A DNA stretch of 32,000 nt, from contig NC_005070.1 of NCBI RefSeq assembly GCF_000195975.1, positions 1,050,001-1,082,000 on the forward strand. The letters run 5' to 3'. The notes beneath the pieces were generated by a model. That model was not told the DNA's origin. It saw only the letters and a list, made by a program, of their open reading frames with translations, and did not search any database. This DNA comes from Parasynechococcus marenigrum WH 8102 (GTDB taxonomy: Bacteria > Cyanobacteriota > Cyanobacteriia > PCC-6307 > Cyanobiaceae). Both the position numbers and the translations under genes were made by a program. Each line of letters begins with the position of its first letter. Positions within the stretch are counted from its first letter, which is position 1. Positions 25,439-32,000 of this stretch are shown here, piece by piece.

Positions 25439-26371
25439 ATGTTCGTCAGCGTCGTCATCCCGACCTACAACCGCCGGCCGATCCTTGAGAAGTGTCTGCT
25501 GGCACTTGAGCGTCAGCAGGTGTCTCCCGAGATTGACCGTTATGAGGTGGTGGTGGTGGATGACGGATCCACCGATGGAACCCCGGATTGGTTGCGTGGG
25601 GCGGCGGAGCGTTTCCCTCATGTGCGGTTGATTGAGCAGTCCCATGGCGGCCCTGCTGAGGGGCGGAATCGCGGCGTCGATCACGCCCATGGCGATGTCA
25701 TCGTCTTCATCGACAGTGACCTGGTGGTCACGGACAGCTTTCTGTCCTGTCATGCCAGCAGCCTTGTTCGCAGCTGGGAAGCGCGCGGTGATCGCCTGTG
25801 CTTTACCTATGGCGCTGTTGTCAACACAGCCAATTTCGAGCAGCCCACGGCTGAACGGCACAAGCTGCGGGATCTCTCATGGGCCTATTTCGCGACCGGA
25901 AATGTCGCCATCGCCAAGGAGGTGCTGCAGCGTGCCGGATTGTTCGATACCGGATTCCGCCTTTACGGCTGGGAAGACCTTGAACTGGGCGAGCGGTTGC
26001 GCCGCATGGGGGTGCAGCTGATCAAGTGCCCTGCTGCCGTGGGGTACCACTGGCATCCAGCCCTGACCCTCGATCAAATCCCGCGATTGATTGAGGTGGA
26101 AGGGGAACGCGCACGGATGGGTCTGGTGTTCTTCCGCAAACATCCGACGCGCCGCGTGCGATTCATCATCCAGTTCACTTGGCTGCATCGCCTGCTGTGG
26201 GAGCTGCTCACCCTCGGGGGGCTGATCAATGAGCACAGCCTGCGGCCTCTGCTGCGTTGGTTGATTTGTCATGGCTACTCCGGCACGGCCATGGAATTGC
26301 TGCGGCTTCCCCTCAACCGGATCGGGGTGCGTGCTCTGTTTCAGGAGGCTCGTCTGGCTGGCTTGCGCTGA
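25439..26371 (+). CDS. family 2 glycosyltransferase
   Basis: MFVSVVIPTYNRRPILEKCL...VVVVDDGSTDGT...VIVFIDSDL: GT-A fold with DxD motifs. Confidence 0.85.
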   Translation: MFVSVVIPTYNRRPILEKCLLALERQQVSPEIDRYEVVVVDDGSTDGTPDWLRGAAERFPHVRLIEQSHGGPAEGRNRGVDHAHGDVIVFIDSDLVVTDSFLSCHASSLVRSWEARGDRLCFTYGAVVNTANFEQPTAERHKLRDLSWAYFATGNVAIAKEVLQRAGLFDTGFRLYGWEDLELGERLRRMGVQLIKCPAAVGYHWHPALTLDQIPRLIEVEGERARMGLVFFRKHPTRRVRFIIQFTWLHRLLWELLTLGGLINEHSLRPLLRWLICHGYSGTAMELLRLPLNRIGVRALFQEARLAGLR

Positions 26372-26509
26372 TCGGCTTTTTGATACCGTCAATGGGCACT
26401 TTCACACCGCACACCTGCCCGTTTCGGGTGCATGCGACACCGATCAATGCCCTCGGGCTGAGATGTGTCCATCCCTGGCAGGTGGAGGCGAACCCGAAAC
26501 CCTCAAACC

Positions 26510-27229
26510 ATGGCTGTTGTCACCCTCGCCGAGATGATGGAGGCGGGTGCCCATTTTGGGCACCAGACCCGTCGTTGGAACCCCAAGATGTCGCGCTACA
26601 TCTACTGCGCGCGCAATGGTGTTCACATCATCGATCTCGTGCAGACCGCCGTCTGCATGAACAACGCCTACAAATGGACCCGTTCCGCTGCCCGCAGCGG
26701 CAAGCGTTTCCTGTTTGTCGGCACCAAAAAGCAGGCCTCTGAAGTAGTTGCACTCGAGGCAGCTCGCTGCGGAGCCGCCTATGTGAACCAGCGCTGGCTG
26801 GGCGGCATGCTCACCAACTGGACCACGATGAAAGCCCGGATCGACCGCCTCAAGGATCTTGAGCGGATGGAGTCCAGCGGCGCCATCGCGATGCGCCCCA
26901 AGAAGGAGGGTGCTGTGCTGCGCCGGGAACTGGAACGGCTCCAGAAGTACCTGGGTGGTCTCAAGACGATGCGTCGTCTCCCCGATGTGGTGGTGCTGGT
27001 GGACCAGCGCCGCGAGTCCAACGCCGTTCTCGAAGCGCGCAAACTGGACATCCCTCTGGTGTCCATGCTCGATACCAACTGCGATCCGGACCTCTGTGAG
27101 GTGCCCATCCCCTGCAACGACGACGCTGTGCGTTCGGTGCAACTGGTGTTGGGGCGTCTCGCCGATGCCATCAACGAGGGCCGCCACGGCAACAACGAGC
27201 AGCGCGGCGGCGGCGACGCCGAAGGCTGA
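26510..27229 (+). CDS. rpsB: 30S ribosomal protein S2
   Basis: [43 protein letters not shown]... from the ATG at 26510. Confidence 0.97.
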   Translation: MAVVTLAEMMEAGAHFGHQTRRWNPKMSRYIYCARNGVHIIDLVQTAVCMNNAYKWTRSAARSGKRFLFVGTKKQASEVVALEAARCGAAYVNQRWLGGMLTNWTTMKARIDRLKDLERMESSGAIAMRPKKEGAVLRRELERLQKYLGGLKTMRRLPDVVVLVDQRRESNAVLEARKLDIPLVSMLDTNCDPDLCEVPIPCNDDAVRSVQLVLGRLADAINEGRHGNNEQRGGGDAEG

Positions 27230-27316
27230 GGCTCTTCGAAACGCTAAGTTCACGCCGCCGACCTGCGCTTGTGGGCCGGCGGTGCTTCATGTTCACTTCC
27301 CCGACTTCTACGACCG

Positions 27317-27976
27317 ATGGCAGCCGTATCCGCCAAGCTTGTCAAAGACCTGCGCGACAAGACCGGCGCGGGAATGATGGATTGCAAGAAGGCCCTGGCG
27401 GCCACCGATGGTGACGCCAACAAGGCGGTCGAGTGGCTGCGACAGAAAGGCATCGCCAGCGCCGAGAAGAAGTCCGGCCGAACCGCTGCCGAAGGTGCCA
27501 TCAGCAGCTACATCCACACCGGCTCCCGGGTTGGTGTGCTGATCGAAATCAATTGCGAGACCGACTTCGTCGCCCGTGGCGACATGTTCCAGGAGCTGCT
27601 GAGGGATGTCTCGATGCAGGTGGCGGCTTGCCCCAACGTGGAATACGTCAGCACCGATGACATTCCCGATGAAATTCGGGAGCGTGAGAAGGCCATTGAG
27701 ATGGGTCGCGATGACCTGGATGGCAAGCCGGAGCAGATGAAGGTGAAGATCGTTGAAGGCCGGATCGGCAAGCGCCTGAAGGAGCTCGCGCTGATGGAGC
27801 AACCCTTCATCAAGGACAGCTCGATCACGGTGACTGAACTGGTCAAGCAGACCGCCGGCAAAATCGGTGAAAACGTGCAGGTGCGTCGCTTCACCCGTTA
27901 CACCCTTGGCGAGGGCATCGAGGTGGAGGAGTCCGATTTCGCTGCGGAAGTCGCCTCCATGAAGGCTGCTGGCTGA
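27317..27976 (+). CDS. tsf: translation elongation factor Ts
   Basis: [45 protein letters not shown]... from the ATG at 27317. Canonical rpsB-tsf order. Confidence 0.97.
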
Positions 27977-27981
27977 TCCAG

Positions 27982-29154
27982 GTGCCCATTTCGGACCCGT
28001 CGTCCGCCTACAACCCCGATGAACAGCTGGCACGCCTGGGACGGTTGTGCCGGCTTCGTTCCATTGCTGTGTATCGCGAACAGGCGCTCTACCTTCAGGT
28101 TCTGCGGGATGAGCTTGGGCCTGCTGTACGTCAGGCCTTGTTCTCGTTGATGTCGGAGACGGATCCACTCCGTTTCAATCGACTAACGGAGGGGCAGAGA
28201 ACCCGCTTTCACGCCGCGATCGAAAATCTGATCAACCGCTGCTCGGTGCTGCTGACGGTGGAACAGCAGATGCATCTGGCTGATCAGATCCAGCAAGAGC
28301 AGCTGAGGCATCAAGCCAGGGCCAGTCGTCAGATGCTTCAGGGGCTGCAGCAGGCTGCTCAGCAACAGCAGAGTGAGCCCAGCTCCCAATTGAGTGACCT
28401 TCCACCTGGGGCATCCGGAGGCTCGGTGGAGCTGAGCATGGCGCCGCCCCTCGATCAACCCCAGCGCTTCGGAATTCAAGCTCCGCCTGAATCTCGCTCT
28501 CGACCTCACGCGTCTCCTGCGCCGGTTCCACAGCCGGAGTCTCAGCCCTCACACGATGCCGTTGATGGGGCCATTCAGGGAGACCTTGACGTGCTCCGGT
28601 CGTTGTTCGAGTTGGCAGGCGAAGCTCTTGAGCAGCCCTCCAGTCCTGGTTCCTCGGTCGGAGGGTCCAGTGGATCGAATCCAATCGAGGGTGAAAACAA
28701 CCTGCTGCCGACCATGCCAGTGGCGTTGTTGCAGTGGATGGATTCCATGGATCTGGCCCTGTCGCGTCGGCTTCGGAATCTCTCCCATGCGGTGAATGTT
28801 CAACTCCTGCGTTCCGGCCTGGCCCAGGCTCTGTTGCCGGTGAATCTGCTGGAGACTGTGCTGATTGGCCAGATGGAAACACAGGCTTCCCCCTCCAATC
28901 TGCTGCGACTTCAGCTGCCTCTCGCCATGGGCGATCTTGGTCCGGGAATGGATGTTCTCTGTGTGCTGGTGCGCAGCAGTGAGCTGGAATTCGACAGCTT
29001 TCGCCTGCGACGTTGTCGCCGTCGCCTGCGCGACCAGCACCAGGAACTGCTCAAAATGGTTCGGCAGCAACGCCATTGGGAGCGTCGCTGCTTGGATCGT
29101 GAAGCACGGACGCCTTGGCAGACTCCTCCCGATCCCAAGAGTCCCGCGGATTGA
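27982..29154 (+). CDS. uncharacterised protein (390 aa) with structured termini and a Q/P/S-rich central linker
   Basis: Long ORF with host-like codon bias. GTG start 5 nt after the tsf stop. Central region is QQAAQQQQSEPSS...PPESRSRPHASPAPVPQPESQPS. No motif recognised. Confidence 0.6.
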   Translation: MPISDPSSAYNPDEQLARLGRLCRLRSIAVYREQALYLQVLRDELGPAVRQALFSLMSETDPLRFNRLTEGQRTRFHAAIENLINRCSVLLTVEQQMHLADQIQQEQLRHQARASRQMLQGLQQAAQQQQSEPSSQLSDLPPGASGGSVELSMAPPLDQPQRFGIQAPPESRSRPHASPAPVPQPESQPSHDAVDGAIQGDLDVLRSLFELAGEALEQPSSPGSSVGGSSGSNPIEGENNLLPTMPVALLQWMDSMDLALSRRLRNLSHAVNVQLLRSGLAQALLPVNLLETVLIGQMETQASPSNLLRLQLPLAMGDLGPGMDVLCVLVRSSELEFDSFRLRRCRRRLRDQHQELLKMVRQQRHWERRCLDREARTPWQTPPDPKSPAD

Positions 29155-31625
29155 ACCGCGAGCAGCTCACTGAGTTGCTGGGTTGGCTGAAGCCCTTACA
29201 GCAGGCTCTTTCGCTTGAGGTCGAGACGGGGTTCAACAATCTGCAGGGCCGTCAGCAACGGTTTGATGGCTTTCTGGTTCATCAGCTTGCAGCCCCCCCA
29301 CCACTGCCCTACCCCCCTGGTGTTGAGGCGCGCCTGCAGCGCTTGCACCAGGGTTTTGTCGGTTACGAGGAGTTGCCTGAAAGCGGCCGCCGAAGGCTGG
29401 TCACCGACACTCGCCAGTGGCTGCATGAGTTGCGGCTCCGCCTCGAACCATCAGCGCCCATGGCACCGCCACGGCTGCGGTTGGCGACGGCAACCGCATC
29501 AGCACCTCGTCGGGAGCTTGGTCTTGACAGTCCGCTGACCCAGCTCCAAGGCGTTGGACCGAAGTTGGCGGGTCGTCTGGCGGCGATTGGTCTGCTGCTG
29601 GTTCGAGACCTGCTGAAGCACTATCCGCGAGACCACGTCGACTACGCCACCCGCCGCCGCATCGAGGCCCTGGTGGTCGGAGAAACGGCCACGATCGTGG
29701 CCACCATTCGCCGCTGCAACGGCTTCGTCAGTCCGCGCAATCCGAATCTGTCGATTCTGGAACTGCAGCTCCAGGACCCCACCGGTCGGATCAAGGTGAC
29801 ACGGTTTCTGGCGGGGAAACGCTTCAGCTCACCGGCCTATCTCAAGGGGCAACAGCGGCTGTATCCCCAGGGGGCGACGGTGGCCGTCAGTGGTCTGATC
29901 AAAGAGGGGCCCTATGGGGCGACCTTCCAGGACCCGTTGATTGAGGTGCTGGAAAGCAGCAATGCCGAGGTGCGATCCCGCAACATCGGTCGTCTGATGC
30001 CGGTCTATGGATTGACGGAAGGGGTTGCGGCAGACCGCTTCCGTCAACTGATCGACCAGGTGTTGCCCCTAGCTCGGGCCTGGCCTGACCCCCTCAACCA
30101 GACCGAGCGCCGGGATTGGTCGTTGGTCAGCCTGCCGGAAGCGTTTCAGGGACTGCATGCACCGGATGATCCCAGCCAGTTGGATCAGGCCCGGCGTCGG
30201 CTGGTCTTTGATGAATTCCTTCTGTTGCAGCTCGGTCTGTTGCGGCGTCGACGCACCCTGAGCCAGCGTCCTTGTCCCCAGCTCGAGTTGATCCGTCGCG
30301 GTGATGGGCTCGTGGGGAAATTTCTGGCTTCCCTGCCCTTTGCCTTCACCGCTGCACAGGAGCGGGTCTTCGGCGAAATCGAGGCCGATCTGCAGCGTTC
30401 CCAGCCGATGGCCCGGCTGGTGCAGGGGGATGTCGGTTCCGGTAAAACCGTCGTAGCCATTGCGGCGTTGCTAAGCACCATCAGTTCCGGCTGGCAGGGC
30501 GCCTTGATGGCTCCGACGGAGGTTCTGGCCGAACAACACCACCGCAACCTTTGCCGCTGGCTTCCCCCACTGCATGTGACGGTTGAGTTGCTCACCGGCG
30601 CGACGCCGAAAACCAAACGGCGCCAACTGCTGGATGACCTGGCCAACGGCTCCCTCAAGGTTCTGGTGGGGACCCATGCCCTGCTGGAGGATCCGGTGGT
30701 GTTTTCCCGCCTGGGACTGGTGGTGGTGGATGAGCAGCACCGCTTCGGCGTGCACCAGCGGGACCGACTGCTCAACAAGGGTCTGCAGCCCCATCTGCTC
30801 ACGATGACCGCCACCCCGATCCCCCGCACCCTGGCCCTGTCCCTCCATGGCGACCTGGACGTGAGTCAGATCGACGAACTCCCGCCAGGACGGACACCCA
30901 TCCGCACCGCCATGCTCACGGCAGCGCAGCGGTCGCAGGCCTACGAGTTGATCCGTGAGGAGGTGGCCCGTGGCCAACGGGCCTATGTGGTTTTGCCCCT
31001 GGTGGAGGAATCCGAGAAACTAGAACTGCGATCAGCTGTTGAGGTTCACGCTGAACTGGCCTCGGAGGTGTTCCCGGAGCTGACGCTCGGTTTGTTGCAC
31101 GGCCGCTTGAACAGTGCGGATAAGCAGTCGGTGCTGCGGGACTTTGCCGATGGCCGCAGCCAGGTGCTCGTGTCCACCACGGTGGTGGAAGTGGGTGTGG
31201 ATGTGCCCGAGGCCAGCGTGATGGTGATCGACCACGCCGAACGTTTCGGATTGGCCCAGTTGCATCAGCTGCGAGGCAGGGTCGGCCGTGGGGCGGCCGC
31301 CTCCCACTGCCTGTTGATCAATGGCAGTTCCAACCCCCTGGCCCGTCAGCGCCTGGATGTGCTGGTGTGCTCCAACGATGGCTTCGAGATCGCCGAGATG
31401 GACCTTCGCCTGCGGGGGCCAGGTCAGGTGCTGGGAACCCGACAATCCGGCCTTCCCGATCTGGCACTGGCCAGCCTTGCTGATGATGGTGCGGTGCTTG
31501 AGGATGCCCGTGCAGCGGCGCAACAGCTGATGGAGCAGGACCCGGATCTGTCCGCTCATCAAGTCCTCCTGGCCTTGTTGGAGGAACAGCAACGTCGGCT
31601 CAGCGGAGCGGCACCCCTGAATTGA
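29115..31625 (+). CDS. recG: ATP-dependent DNA helicase RecG
   Basis: Wedge/OB region, then helicase motifs GDVGSGKT (I), DEQHRFG (II), TATPIPRT (III) and QLHQLRGRVGRG (VI). The start is uncertain: TTG at 29115 or TTG at 29151, the latter forming a TTGA overlap with the upstream stop. Confidence 0.93.
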   Translation: MADSSRSQESRGLNREQLTELLGWLKPLQQALSLEVETGFNNLQGRQQRFDGFLVHQLAAPPPLPYPPGVEARLQRLHQGFVGYEELPESGRRRLVTDTRQWLHELRLRLEPSAPMAPPRLRLATATASAPRRELGLDSPLTQLQGVGPKLAGRLAAIGLLLVRDLLKHYPRDHVDYATRRRIEALVVGETATIVATIRRCNGFVSPRNPNLSILELQLQDPTGRIKVTRFLAGKRFSSPAYLKGQQRLYPQGATVAVSGLIKEGPYGATFQDPLIEVLESSNAEVRSRNIGRLMPVYGLTEGVAADRFRQLIDQVLPLARAWPDPLNQTERRDWSLVSLPEAFQGLHAPDDPSQLDQARRRLVFDEFLLLQLGLLRRRRTLSQRPCPQLELIRRGDGLVGKFLASLPFAFTAAQERVFGEIEADLQRSQPMARLVQGDVGSGKTVVAIAALLSTISSGWQGALMAPTEVLAEQHHRNLCRWLPPLHVTVELLTGATPKTKRRQLLDDLANGSLKVLVGTHALLEDPVVFSRLGLVVVDEQHRFGVHQRDRLLNKGLQPHLLTMTATPIPRTLALSLHGDLDVSQIDELPPGRTPIRTAMLTAAQRSQAYELIREEVARGQRAYVVLPLVEESEKLELRSAVEVHAELASEVFPELTLGLLHGRLNSADKQSVLRDFADGRSQVLVSTTVVEVGVDVPEASVMVIDHAERFGLAQLHQLRGRVGRGAAASHCLLINGSSNPLARQRLDVLVCSNDGFEIAEMDLRLRGPGQVLGTRQSGLPDLALASLADDGAVLEDARAAAQQLMEQDPDLSAHQVLLALLEEQQRRLSGAAPLN

Positions 31626-31636
31626 CCCGTTTAACC

Positions 31637-32000
31637 ATGGTTGGTTTCAGCAAGCCCATGCGTCCCTGGAGTGATCGTCCGATTCACGACAACGGGGAGC
31701 CCCTTGTGGCGCTGCCGCCAACCCTGTTGCGACTCGAACCACACCCGTACGTCGCGGCTGGTGCCCCCTATGGCCCTAGCGCAGATCCCTTTCAGTTGCG
31801 CTCCGGTGTGGTGGATCGCCTCCTGGCAGCGCAACAGGACCTTCAGGCAAGGCAATCCGACCTGCTGCTGGCCATTTTTGATGCCTGGCGGCCGCTGGCC
31901 GTTCAGGCCTACATGGTGGAGCAGGCGGTGACGGCTGAAATCAATCGACGCGGCATCGATCGGGCTGACCGCGAACAAGTCGCTGCTGTGCGTCAAGCGG
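31637..32000 (+). CDS. D-alanyl-D-alanine dipeptidase-like (peptidase M15D/VanX family), 5' partial
   Basis: Open-ended frame not in the ORF track. Hand translation gives MVGFSKPMRPWSDRPIHDNGEPLVALPPTLLRLEPHPY...LLLAIFDAWRPLAVQAYM..., resembling the VanX/DdpX L.I.DayRP..vQ block. It runs off the window end. Confidence 0.55.
   Translation, partial: MVGFSKPMRPWSDRPIHDNGEPLVALPPTLLRLEPHPYVAAGAPYGPSADPFQLRSGVVDRLLAAQQDLQARQSDLLLAIFDAWRPLAVQAYMVEQAVTAEINRRGIDRADREQVAAVRQA

Noticed and set aside
27240-27290. Hairpin between rpsB and tsf (CCGCCG...CGGCGG, 16-nt loop) as a terminator or attenuator
   Set aside because: No T-run follows it and the stem is short with a large loop. rpsB-tsf are normally co-transcribed. 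It is at most a weak processing or stability element.
3549-31592. Many long ORFs antisense to recognised genes: 3549..4301, 3935..4666, 6274..7002, 6399..6995, 9690..10595, 12773..13387, 15359..15955, 16722..17225, 17655..18152, 18178..18744, 19880..20524, 20356..20871, 21618..22199, 22174..22884, 24316..24903, 26444..27253, 27308..28168, 28232..28882, 30185..30829 and 31032..31592
   Set aside because: These are typical shadow ORFs of high-GC DNA. Their translations are Arg/Pro/Gly/Ala-rich with no motifs, and each is fully contained opposite a gene with clear family signatures.
1-32000. CRISPR arrays, tRNA/rRNA genes, transposases, integrases or direct repeats bounding the low-GC islet
   Set aside because: No regularly spaced repeats, no tRNA-like T-arm/acceptor sequences and no recombinase-like ORFs were seen on either strand. 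The islet's left boundary lies outside the window, so att-type repeats cannot be assessed.

Overview
The window looks like a high-GC marine picocyanobacterial chromosome segment, probably Synechococcus-like. This is an inference from gene content (psb28, pcyA, a GUN4-domain protein, a phycobiliprotein paralog, an NtcA-type glnA promoter) and from compact, codon-overlapping gene packing. About 90% of it (roughly 3.4-32 kb) is ordinary, densely packed core genome. In order: two tandem AI-2E/PerM permeases, psb28, selU, a GUN4-domain protein, an RsbW-like kinase, a methyltransferase, glnA, an allophycocyanin-like protein, an AGXT-type aminotransferase, tadA, a group II PLP decarboxylase, a DUF697-type GTPase, lspA, bioY, an M16 peptidase pair, pcyA, devBCA-like exporter genes, a GT2 glycosyltransferase, rpsB, tsf, an unknown 390-aa protein, recG and the 5' end of a VanX-like dipeptidase gene. 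The left ~3.4 kb is different. It has visibly lower G+C by hand counts of single 60-nt lines: 22/60 and 28/60 there versus 39/60 in the core. It carries only small, unrecognisable minus-strand ORFs, several below the 60-aa cutoff of the ORF track, and two pairs are joined by TGATG stop/start overlaps. I found no rRNA, tRNA, CRISPR array, transposase or integrase, and no defence or biosynthetic system I can name. The most noteworthy items are: (1) the small-ORF islet; (2) the pcyA-devBCA-small basic ORF unit, closed by one strong terminator; (3) the glnA NtcA promoter, which shares an intergenic region and a palindrome with a divergent phycobiliprotein paralog; (4) the uncharacterised 390-aa gene wedged between tsf and recG. 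All functional calls rest on motif recognition from memory. No database search was possible.
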